From IMG/VR virus record IMGVR_UViG_2974555854_000001, positions 16,799 through 80,798 of that record: a stretch of DNA of 64,000 bases; one strand, given 5' to 3'. Positions 39,533 to 47,718 of this stretch are shown here, piece after piece. The translations under genes were made by a program, and so were the position numbers. This DNA comes from a virus (lineage: Duplodnaviria > Caudoviricetes). Below the pieces are notes generated by a model. It ran no database searches. It had not been told where the DNA came from and saw only the letters and a program-made list of their open reading frames with translations. Each line of letters opens with the position of its first letter. Positions within the stretch are counted from its first letter, which is position 1.

Positions 39533-40525
39533 TTATTCTTCCCCTGAACTATTCATTTCTTCCATCATCAGACGTAATCGATTTAAGACCATTCTAGCTT
39601 GTTCCTTTGTGAGTTCTGTCGGATTGGCTATTTTACTATTGGTTGCTTCTTGCATTACCTGTACAGCACGTTCAGACGAAAGTTGCAGCTGATTGTTAAC
39701 CATATCGATGATATCATCAATTAGTTTTGCTAATTCACCGTCTGTTTTGATGACGTTAGCTTGTCCAATCTTTTCTTTTGCGAAACCTTCATCCTTTTGT
39801 GACATTTCAATAATCATTTGTACGATTGTACGGTTATCGAAGTTATCAATCACATCAGGTAGCAAGCTGTTTCCTTTTGAATCCTTCAGACGATTCTTTT
39901 TCAATTGGGCCGTAAACACACCTTTTGATTTTTCTGAAAGGATGTAGTGAACATCTAGCTCGTGGATCAGGCGTTTATCACAATCAGCTTTGATCGGATT
40001 AACTGCATCGATCTTCATGAATGTACCTTTTAGGTAGTTATCAGAAGCATGAGCTGTTACAAATAAGTGAACATCCAGCTCTTTCAGATTTTCGATGATC
40101 TCATAAAATTCATCTTTAGGTGTTTCATATTCAGTAGGTTCAAGCTTTGTTTTACCCCACTGTTTCTTCCAATAGCTTTTAATCTTATTGTACAATACTG
40201 TACCTGATTCTAAAGCGATTGATTTGAATGGCAGCTGTTGACCTGAACGTTTGAACGCTAACAGCTGTTGAGTAAGAGCTAAAACTTCTTGTGGATTAGA
40301 TGTCTTATACACCTTAATTCCACTTACTTCTTTAGCTAATTGACTAAAACCACTACGTTCCATATCGATAGCCCACAAAGGCTTAGGAGCACCGTAAGCG
40401 ATAGAAGATGTTTTACCACTACCTGAAGGGCCTGTTAGTAAAACTTTAACCGGTTCAGCACCTTGAGCAGCTGCATCCTGGAAATTATTCATAAGGTTAA
40501 ATTGCTGCATGTTCATTTGATCCAT
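39533..40525 (-). CDS. AAA_24/Sak4-like single-strand annealing ATPase
   Basis: GPSGSGKT and AIDMERSG; next to the SSB-like gene. Confidence 0.75.
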   Translation of the reverse strand: MDQMNMQQFNLMNNFQDAAAQGAEPVKVLLTGPSGSGKTSSIAYGAPKPLWAIDMERSGFSQLAKEVSGIKVYKTSNPQEVLALTQQLLAFKRSGQQLPFKSIALESGTVLYNKIKSYWKKQWGKTKLEPTEYETPKDEFYEIIENLKELDVHLFVTAHASDNYLKGTFMKIDAVNPIKADCDKRLIHELDVHYILSEKSKGVFTAQLKKNRLKDSKGNSLLPDVIDNFDNRTIVQMIIEMSQKDEGFAKEKIGQANVIKTDGELAKLIDDIIDMVNNQLQLSSERAVQVMQEATNSKIANPTELTKEQARMVLNRLRLMMEEMNSSGEE

Positions 40526-40749
40526 TATTCAACACCAACTTCTTTTAATAATTTGTCATACACCTTTTTTATTTCCATATCGAAATCATCAATTGGGAAA
40601 TCACACGCTTCGATATTAAAGTGCTTTCTTACTGCATTTTCGAAATACTCACATTGTTTAGTTGTTGGAGAACCGATAACATTAGCATCCATCAACATCT
40701 GATTCATAGCAGTAATTACCAATAAAAGTTCTTTTTCGTTTAATTCCAT
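40525..40749 (-). CDS. Hypothetical protein
   Basis: 74 aa, RBS GGAGG. Confidence 0.6.
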   Translation of the reverse strand: MELNEKELLLVITAMNQMLMDANVIGSPTTKQCEYFENAVRKHFNIEACDFPIDDFDMEIKKVYDKLLKEVGVE

Positions 40750-40793
40750 CTTATTACCTCCGTTTTTTTAGAAGGGGATCAAACCCCTTTCAA

Positions 40794-41864
40794 TTAGTTA
40801 CCGAAAGGGAATTGACCGTTATATCCAGTGTCTTGACCAGGGAATTGTTGACCACCTTGACCAAATCCTTGACCGCCTTGTTGATTAAAACCTTGTTGTT
40901 GGTCAAAACCAGCTTGTCCACCGAACGTTTGTTGTTGGAAATCGTTAGCTTGCTGTTGGTTGAATTGTGTTTCATTACCGTTAGCAAAACCGCCGTTTTC
41001 ATTTGGTGGGTTAAATCCTGGTGGTGGCCCTTGTTGTTGGTTTTGCTGCTGATTTTGGAAACCGTTTTGTTGTTGGAATCCTTGTTGACCAGCGAAACCA
41101 TTTGAGAAACCGCCGCCTTCAGGAGCTTTTAACATCTTGAACTTTTTAACTTCAATGCGTTCAATTTTTTCACCTGAACCTTCAGCCATTCCAAATTCAT
41201 CATAAGTTACATCGTCTTTATTGATGTAATAATAACCGATATCAACGTTAGCACCATCAGGAGTGTTAGCGATTTGTTGAACGATTGCTGGATCAGTAGC
41301 TTCTAATGTAAGAACATTAACATCGATGAAGTCACCATTTGCTCGTGTTGCACGTTGTTTTTTATTTTTACGATCCGTAGCATAGAAAGCTAATTTGAAT
41401 TGAATACCGTCTTTCGACTGCTGCTTACCGAAAATTTCACCTGATAAACGGCCCGAAACTTTATCTTCCATTTCTTCACCTTTAACAGTGATTGGTTTCT
41501 CTAACTCAACGAATGATGTGAAGTTAGTGAATGTTTTCCCTGTTGTTGTAACGAACTGACTGATTTGAGCTAATCCAGCACGTACACGCGGTTTAGGTTC
41601 AGCGATTGGGAATTGATTGATACTAGCTTGTGCTTTGTCCAACATTGGAATGCGTAGGTTAACTGAACCGAAACCTGTTGCATTTAGCAGGAAGTCCCAA
41701 CCGTATTCTGTTTGATCTTGACGTAAAGCCGGTGTGCCGTAAACTAATTTGCCGACTACCATTCCTAAGTTGTTATAAGCGAAATTTGGGTTAAATTGTG
41801 GTACTTGATTCATAATTTTTTTACCTCCTGATTGGTTAACTACTTTCTGATATAAATATATCAT
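40794..41864 (-). CDS. Single-stranded DNA-binding-like protein with Q/G/F/N-rich tail; probable start ATG at 41813
   Basis: OB-like N-terminal region; low-complexity tail ending QFPFGN; position beside the Sak4-like gene. Confidence 0.65.
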   Translation of the reverse strand: MIYLYQKVVNQSGGKKIMNQVPQFNPNFAYNNLGMVVGKLVYGTPALRQDQTEYGWDFLLNATGFGSVNLRIPMLDKAQASINQFPIAEPKPRVRAGLAQISQFVTTTGKTFTNFTSFVELEKPITVKGEEMEDKVSGRLSGEIFGKQQSKDGIQFKLAFYATDRKNKKQRATRANGDFIDVNVLTLEATDPAIVQQIANTPDGANVDIGYYYINKDDVTYDEFGMAEGSGEKIERIEVKKFKMLKAPEGGGFSNGFAGQQGFQQQNGFQNQQQNQQQGPPPGFNPPNENGGFANGNETQFNQQQANDFQQQTFGGQAGFDQQQGFNQQGGQGFGQGGQQFPGQDTGYNGQFPFGN

Positions 41865-41923
41865 GGATAGTTTTGGTTCGTCAATAATTATTTTTCCATT
41901 TAGTTATAAAAAGTTATAGACGG

Positions 41924-42196
41924 TTATATACTAGTAAGTTCGATCTCGAAACAACGACTTAAAATGTTTGATAATTGTGATTGAGTCTTGTAAGCTTGCA
42001 TACCATTTTTAGTTACGTTAATAGTTAATACATCTGAAGCGTATGTTCCACTCCTACCACGGCCTGAATGTGACATAAACATCTGAAATTCTAAGATGTC
42101 ACCTACTTCAACGTGTTCGAAGAAGTAAGCTTTTGTTTTTGCCTTAATTTCAGTTACTTTGTACTGTTGACTGATTAAAGGTATAGAATCCATCAA
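41924..42196 (-). CDS. Hypothetical protein
   Basis: 90 aa with RBS. Confidence 0.55.
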   Translation of the reverse strand: MMDSIPLISQQYKVTEIKAKTKAYFFEHVEVGDILEFQMFMSHSGRGRSGTYASDVLTINVTKNGMQAYKTQSQLSNILSRCFEIELTSI

Positions 42197-42210
42197 ATCA
42201 CCTCATAATT

Positions 42211-43245
42211 TTATAGTTCATCAAAACCGTTACTTGATCCAGCTTTCTTGTAATCATCCGGTTTACGTTCGAAGAAGTCAGTTTTCTTAGAACCTTCTGT
42301 TTCGTAAAATTGAATCCAACGTAGCGGATTTGAACGATAACCTTCAAAAATGCGTTCTTTACCAAATCCTAATTCATTTACACGTTTGTTTGCCATGAAT
42401 TTAACGTAGTCCTGAACTTCAACAACGTTAAGCCCTTCAATTTTGTTGCCAATGATGTATGAAGCCCAATTAATTTCTAATTCAGCTGCTTTTGTAAAAG
42501 TATTAATAACAAACTGCTCCATCTTTTTCTTATCAATTTGCGGATTTTCTTCTAAAACTGCTTTAAACAAGTCGCAGAAGAAACCTACGTGAATTTGTTC
42601 ATCACGATTGATAAAGTTAATCATCTTAGCAGTAGCTAACATCTTTTTGTTTCTTGCTAAATTGTAGAAAAATGCAAATCCACTGTAGAAGAATAGCCCT
42701 TCCAGGATAACGTCATAAACCATTGACTCAAGGAAATTTTCTACTGTCTTGTCATCAGTGAACTTTTCATAACCTTTTGCTAGGAAATCATTTCGTTCAC
42801 GTAAAACTTCATCTGTACGCCAATAATCGAATGTTTTATCTTGTACAGCGCGGTTAACTAGTGATGATAAAACGTAAGTATAAGATTCATTATGAACAAC
42901 TTCCTGGAAAGCAAGTGTGATTAATGTTGCATTTAGTGATGAATCAGTCACATAATCAGCAATACGGCCCACATAATCCGATTGTACAGAATCTAAAAAT
43001 GCAAGCAAACCGATAATTTTAAGGAAAGCTTCTTGTTCGTGATCCGTCAAATGAGGAAATTGTTTAATATCGGTGCTCATATCGACTTCATCAGCGAACC
43101 ATGTGTTACTAATCATTTTCTTATATTTCGTACGTGCGAATTGATAACGGATATCTGACCAATTCAGAATGTTTGAGCTTTCACCGTTTACAATTCCTGT
43201 TGATTTATTAGGAGCACTTACATCGTACAATTTACGTTCTTTCAT
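42211..43245 (-). CDS. nrdB: Ribonucleotide reductase class I beta subunit
   Basis: LDSVQ, EVVHNESY, LEG..FYSGF and RDEQIH di-metal motifs. Confidence 0.95.
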   Translation of the reverse strand: MKERKLYDVSAPNKSTGIVNGESSNILNWSDIRYQFARTKYKKMISNTWFADEVDMSTDIKQFPHLTDHEQEAFLKIIGLLAFLDSVQSDYVGRIADYVTDSSLNATLITLAFQEVVHNESYTYVLSSLVNRAVQDKTFDYWRTDEVLRERNDFLAKGYEKFTDDKTVENFLESMVYDVILEGLFFYSGFAFFYNLARNKKMLATAKMINFINRDEQIHVGFFCDLFKAVLEENPQIDKKKMEQFVINTFTKAAELEINWASYIIGNKIEGLNVVEVQDYVKFMANKRVNELGFGKERIFEGYRSNPLRWIQFYETEGSKKTDFFERKPDDYKKAGSSNGFDEL

Positions 43246-43296
43246 TTAACTCTTCCTCTCTTTTTCAAAAATAAGAAGGGGAATTACCCCCTCCTG

Positions 43297-45639
43297 TTAA
43301 CTATGACAAGATTCACATTCATCAATTACTTCTTGTGATTGACTTCGTACATAATAAGTTGTCTTCAGTCTTTCTCTCCATGCTGTCATGTGTAAGTCAA
43401 GCAGCTCTTTAGCTTTGATTTCACTTGGAACATAAAGGTTGAATGAAACAGCTTGGTCAATATGTTTTTGACGTGCTGCATTCTGTAAGATGCTCCAATT
43501 TTGGTCAATTACATAAGCTGTTTTGTAATACCATTGGTTAGTAGGGTTAATTCCTGGTGCTGTTCTAACCACACGGTATTTACCTTTCTCTTCTTGATAC
43601 ACTTTACGGAACACTGGATCAATACTAGCTGTCGTTCCTGCAATGATAGCTGTTGAAGAGTTAGGAGCTACCGCCATTAGGTAAGCATTTCGAATACCGT
43701 ATGTTGATACATCAAGTGCTAAATGATCCCAACGAGTAGGATATTCTTCACTGATATCATCATTCAAAATGTAACCTTTACGAGCGAAGTAATCTCCTGT
43801 ATGCCATTCAGAACCTTCGAATAATGGGTATTCATCTTTTTCTTTTGCTAAATTCATACTAGCTTTGATTGTATAATAAGCAATATCTTCGTACAAACTA
43901 TCATTAAAGTCTACTGCTTCTTGACTTTCCCATCTGATCTTCTTCTGAACAAGCAGATCATGTAGACCGTATGTTCCTAAACCAATAGCACGGTAACGAT
44001 GGTTAGTATATTTTGCAACAGCTAAAGGCAAGTCGTTAAGATCGATAACGTTATCCAGCATACGAACCTGGATGTTAATTAATCGTTCTAACACGTCATC
44101 AGTAACAGCACGAGCTAAGTTAATGGAAGACAAGTTACATACTACCATATCACCTAACACTTTTTCTTGAGTCGAACGGCCTGTTTTCAGGTCTAATTTT
44201 TCATCAAGGTAATAAGTTTGTGATTGATTTTGTGTAATTTCTGTACATAAGTTAGAACAATAAATCATACCTTCGTGTTTCTGTGAATTCTCACGGTTAA
44301 CTTGGTCACGATAAAACATATATGGTGTACCTGTTTCCAATTGAGAACGCATGATACCTTTCATGATATCAATAGCAGGAACAACACGCTTATCAAGTTC
44401 GTTGTTATTCACACATTCATAATAGAATTCGCGGAATGAACCACTGATCTTACGATTACCTTCTGCATCAAACTCTTCAACTTCATCATAAAAATCTTCA
44501 ATTCGTTTCCCTGTTACTTTATAGACCTGGTGAGGATCGAATAAATACCAATCTCCACGAGCATCAACTTTCTCCATGAATAAATCAGGGATACAAACGC
44601 CGGTGAAAATGTCACGAGCACGTTTTCTTTCATCACCTGTATTTAATCGAAGATCAAGGAAAGAAAAAATGTCTTGATGCCATACGTCCAAATAGACCGC
44701 CATTGCACCTTGACGTTGCCCTAACTGATCCACACTGATAGCAGTTTCGTTGATAAGTTTAGTCCACGGTACTGTTCCGCCACAAACACCTTTGAATCCT
44801 TTGATATCTGAACCTAATGAACGAACATGGCCCATATAAACCCCGATACCGCCGCCGTTTTTACTTAATTGAGCAATATTATCAAGCGTTCCGTAGATAG
44901 CTTTAAGATCATCGCCCATTGTATCGATAAAGCAGCTTGATAACTGACCATAACTCTTACCAGCGTTAGCTAATGTTGGTGTAGCAACGGTCATATACAG
45001 GCTAGATAAGGCCCAATATGCTTCTTGCACCAACGCGACACGTTTTTCAGGCTTTTCCATAACCATTAATGTCATTGCAATAATCATAAAACGTTCTTGT
45101 GGTAATTCAAACTTATTTTTCGCATGGTCAGTAGCTAAATATTTATCTTCTAAAGCTAATAATCCTGCATAAGTGAAAAGCTTGTCCATATCAGGATTAA
45201 TCATATCACTGAAGCGGTTAATCTCTTCTTCTGTATATTCAGCTAGAAGACCTTTGTTATAAATACCTTCTTGAGCTAACTTTTTAATCAAGGTATATAA
45301 CGAACCGTACTTCTCTTTAGGATCGTAACAACGATTTTTAGCAGCTTTCTTATAAAGATCACGTAAAAAGAATTCAGCTGATAAATATGTCCAGTCAGGT
45401 TCTTCTACTGAAGTGTTCTCACTACTAACCATAAGCAGCAAGTTAGTGATTTGATCTGCTGTATATTCTTCTTTAAACTGAATGCTACCAATAACACTTG
45501 CTTTGAAACGTCTTAACGAAGCATCAGGAATATCAATACCTTCAGCAGCACTATCGATATATCTTTCTAAGCGGTACGGATCAAACGGTAAGCTACGAGC
45601 GCCGTTATCTTTAATGATTTGTGTCATAATGACCTCCAT
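43297..45639 (-). CDS. nrdA: Ribonucleotide reductase class I alpha subunit with ATP cone
   Basis: ATPTLANAG...SSCF, SNLCTE, CNLSSINL, APNSST, TTYY and C-terminal CESCHS; no intron or intein. Confidence 0.95.
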   Translation of the reverse strand: MEVIMTQIIKDNGARSLPFDPYRLERYIDSAAEGIDIPDASLRRFKASVIGSIQFKEEYTADQITNLLLMVSSENTSVEEPDWTYLSAEFFLRDLYKKAAKNRCYDPKEKYGSLYTLIKKLAQEGIYNKGLLAEYTEEEINRFSDMINPDMDKLFTYAGLLALEDKYLATDHAKNKFELPQERFMIIAMTLMVMEKPEKRVALVQEAYWALSSLYMTVATPTLANAGKSYGQLSSCFIDTMGDDLKAIYGTLDNIAQLSKNGGGIGVYMGHVRSLGSDIKGFKGVCGGTVPWTKLINETAISVDQLGQRQGAMAVYLDVWHQDIFSFLDLRLNTGDERKRARDIFTGVCIPDLFMEKVDARGDWYLFDPHQVYKVTGKRIEDFYDEVEEFDAEGNRKISGSFREFYYECVNNNELDKRVVPAIDIMKGIMRSQLETGTPYMFYRDQVNRENSQKHEGMIYCSNLCTEITQNQSQTYYLDEKLDLKTGRSTQEKVLGDMVVCNLSSINLARAVTDDVLERLINIQVRMLDNVIDLNDLPLAVAKYTNHRYRAIGLGTYGLHDLLVQKKIRWESQEAVDFNDSLYEDIAYYTIKASMNLAKEKDEYPLFEGSEWHTGDYFARKGYILNDDISEEYPTRWDHLALDVSTYGIRNAYLMAVAPNSSTAIIAGTTASIDPVFRKVYQEEKGKYRVVRTAPGINPTNQWYYKTAYVIDQNWSILQNAARQKHIDQAVSFNLYVPSEIKAKELLDLHMTAWRERLKTTYYVRSQSQEVIDECESCHS

Positions 45640-46022
45640 TATTTCGTTTTTAAATAAGAAGACGGTTTGATTTCAATGTGTTCATATACCTCTTCTTCAG
45701 TTAACTTTCCTGCATCAATCAATGTTTGAACTTTGTTCAGATCAACGTCATCGTTACGGCACAAGTCGAGAAGTCCACGATCTTTAAGGAAAAACTTCAG
45801 CGATTCTTTCTGCTTCTTCGTTTCCATATCAATAACCTGGACTCCACCGTAATTAGTTTTGGCATACTCACCGATTGACTGTACTTCGGTCAGGGCCGAC
45901 TTCTTGTGCTTTTCTTTTAACTTCTTAGCTGCTGATTCAAGTGATGAATAAAAGCGCCATGCTTCAGTATTATTACTGAATTGCATTTGGTTAATCAATT
46001 GAAGAATTTCTCTTCCATCCAT
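45639..46022 (-). CDS. Hypothetical protein
   Basis: 127 aa, RBS GGAGG. Confidence 0.6.
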   Translation of the reverse strand: MDGREILQLINQMQFSNNTEAWRFYSSLESAAKKLKEKHKKSALTEVQSIGEYAKTNYGGVQVIDMETKKQKESLKFFLKDRGLLDLCRNDDVDLNKVQTLIDAGKLTEEEVYEHIEIKPSSYLKTK

Positions 46023-46068
46023 ATAAAAACCTCCATATAAAAGAGCTTATATGAAGATTTTACATGAT

Positions 46069-46257
46069 TTACTTAGATTTTACCAGCTTTTCTTCTTGCA
46101 TTTTAGCGATTATTTCACTCAAATTCTTAGAACCTGAACATTGACCTGAACGGTATCCATAATAATATGTAATTACCGCGATAATTTCTCGTAAGGTTTC
46201 TTCATTTTCCCCTTCTAATAAACCACGTAATTCATCAGAAGTGCTGTTCTTTTTCAA
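46069..46257 (-). CDS. Small hypothetical protein
   Basis: 62 aa, RBS GGGGGG with TTG start. Confidence 0.6.
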   Translation of the reverse strand: MKKNSTSDELRGLLEGENEETLREIIAVITYYYGYRSGQCSGSKNLSEIIAKMQEEKLVKSK

Positions 46258-46480
46258 TAAGGTTTCCCCCCTTTGTTCGTTACTAAAAGTTACTTTATCA
46301 TTATAATACAGAATTGAAATAAAACAAGCCCCTTTATCACATTTGTATTAATTTTGAAATATTTCTCGATTTTTTGTAATGGTACGTGCAATATTTAGAT
46401 TATCGCCCATATATTAGGATTATGAAAAGGAGTTATTAACTACTTAACAACTTCTTCTCACCTACTTAATAAGAAATGGA

Positions 46481-46756
46481 GTGATTAGCTTGTCTAGCAA
46501 GTACATCCGAAAACCTGTAGTGTTCAATCGTGAATCAGCTTGGCATATGAACATCCTGGAACGTATTGAAGGTGAATCGAACAACTTTTCCGGTTATGTA
46601 ATGTCTATCCTTAAAGAACACTTTGACAGAAAGTTGCCACTTGAGCCAATTATTAAATCTGATCCAGTAAAAACAGAAAAAGAGCAACCGAAATCAGCTG
46701 CTCCTTCCTTCCAAAAACCTGTTAATAACACACCGCCAAAATTATTTGGAAAATGA
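46481..46756 (+). CDS. Putative ribbon-helix-helix-like DNA-binding protein with disordered tail
   Basis: RKPVVFN (strand) followed by NFSGYVMSILKEH (helix). Confidence 0.5.
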   Translation: MISLSSKYIRKPVVFNRESAWHMNILERIEGESNNFSGYVMSILKEHFDRKLPLEPIIKSDPVKTEKEQPKSAAPSFQKPVNNTPPKLFGK

Positions 46757-46854
46757 ATCGTGGTACTTGCAATTTTTGAATATGAGTAGCATAAACTGTT
46801 TGTGTAACTGAACTTGTGAATGGAGCAAACAGTTTAAATACCACTTCATAGTCA

Positions 46855-46920
46855 TTAAAACGGCCATAACCCCACTAATAAGCCTGTTAACCCAATGCTA
46901 ATTAAGATTGCTTCTACCAT
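46855..46920 (-). CDS. 21-aa hydrophobic micropeptide MVEAILISIGLTGLLVGLWPF, not in the ORF track
   Basis: RBS GGGAGTG and a consensus sigma-G promoter upstream. Confidence 0.6.
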   Translation of the reverse strand: MVEAILISIGLTGLLVGLWPF

Positions 46921-46952
46921 CTTTAAATCACTCCCTTAATTGTTGTTGAACT

Positions 46953-46982
46953 TAGTATGTACGCCTTGTTCAAATCCTATTC
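46953..46982 (-). promoter_or_regulatory. Sigma-G (forespore) consensus promoter GAATA-N18-CATACTA
   Basis: Matches the Bacillus sigma-G consensus GHATR-18-CATAHTA at every position. Confidence 0.65.
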
Positions 46983-47001
46983 ATGAAAAGGAGAATGACA
47001 A

Positions 47002-47106
47002 ATGTTTTCATTTTTGAGTGTCGCTGGTATGTGGATTGTGTGGCATACTGTTGGAATTCCTGCTTACATCAAATACATTAAAAAATTGGAGGAAAACAAA
47101 AAATGA
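47002..47106 (+). CDS. 34-aa single-TM peptide, not in the ORF track
   Basis: RBS AAGGAG; MFSFLSVAGMWIVWHTVGIPAYIKYIKKLEENKK; ATGA overlap with the next gene. Confidence 0.65.
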   Translation: MFSFLSVAGMWIVWHTVGIPAYIKYIKKLEENKK

Positions 47107-47573
47107 AAAAATATGAAGTGATCCCATTCAATCAGTTTATGACAGGTGAATATATGGAGCTTGAAGCTATTGTGAAAAACCAATATACAGAAAAAACAAT
47201 CAAGAAATTGCAAAAATTATCTGTATTCTTATGGTCAGTGAGTGCATCGTTTACAGCTAAAGCGGCTAGTGCTGCATCAACGGCGGCAACAGCTGGTAAT
47301 GCAAGTCAATCGTTCGGATTATGGTCACATACCACTGGATTATTTGGAGTATTTCAGGAAATGGCAATGGTTTTAGGAGCGCTTGCAATATTTGGTGGAC
47401 TAATCACAATGATCTTCAAAAAACGTGCTGGTCAGAAAATAATTTTAACAGCGGCAATTGCTATCGGTGGTTGTTTCCTTGTACCATCAGCGATTATGTT
47501 AGTAGCAATTATCGGTAATATGTTGAACGATACCTTATCACAAGCATTTTCAAGTATGACAATGGGGAGGTAG
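47103..47573 (+). CDS. Membrane protein with TrbC/VirB2 pilin-like topology
   Basis: Ala-rich AKAASAA processing-like stretch, then two hydrophobic helices split by a basic loop (FKKRAGQK). Confidence 0.55.
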   Translation: MKKYEVIPFNQFMTGEYMELEAIVKNQYTEKTIKKLQKLSVFLWSVSASFTAKAASAASTAATAGNASQSFGLWSHTTGLFGVFQEMAMVLGALAIFGGLITMIFKKRAGQKIILTAAIAIGGCFLVPSAIMLVAIIGNMLNDTLSQAFSSMTMGR

Positions 47574-47577
47574 TTAA

Positions 47578-47718
47578 ATGATTAAGTTTGTTATTGGAGC
47601 GTTCATTGGATTTTCTGTAGGTTTTGGTATGGCCCTATCGTACCTTGTTGAAGCTTCTGATTCATCTATGCTTATTAAAACAATTTCAATTGTGAAGGGA
47701 GTTCTTGAAACGTTATGA
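47578..47718 (+). CDS. 46-aa single-TM peptide, not in the ORF track
   Basis: RBS GGGAGG; MIKFVIGAFIGFSVGFGMALSYLVEASDSS...; ATGA overlap with the ATPase gene. Confidence 0.65.
   Translation: MIKFVIGAFIGFSVGFGMALSYLVEASDSSMLIKTISIVKGVLETL

Noticed and set aside
29685-45639. Group I introns, inteins or homing endonucleases in thyA, dnaB or nrdA/nrdB
   Set aside because: All are continuous ORFs of normal length with no HNH, GIY-YIG or LAGLIDADG insert.
46385-46420. Sigma-K/sigma-E promoter (CATATATTA box) for the RHH gene
   Set aside because: The -10 box fits sigma-K, but no -35 element sits at the canonical spacing; too weak to call.
46855-47106. Arbitrium (AimR/AimP/AimX) communication system
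   Set aside because: No TPR-repeat AimR-like receptor; the peptides lack the signal-peptide plus mature hexapeptide layout of AimP.
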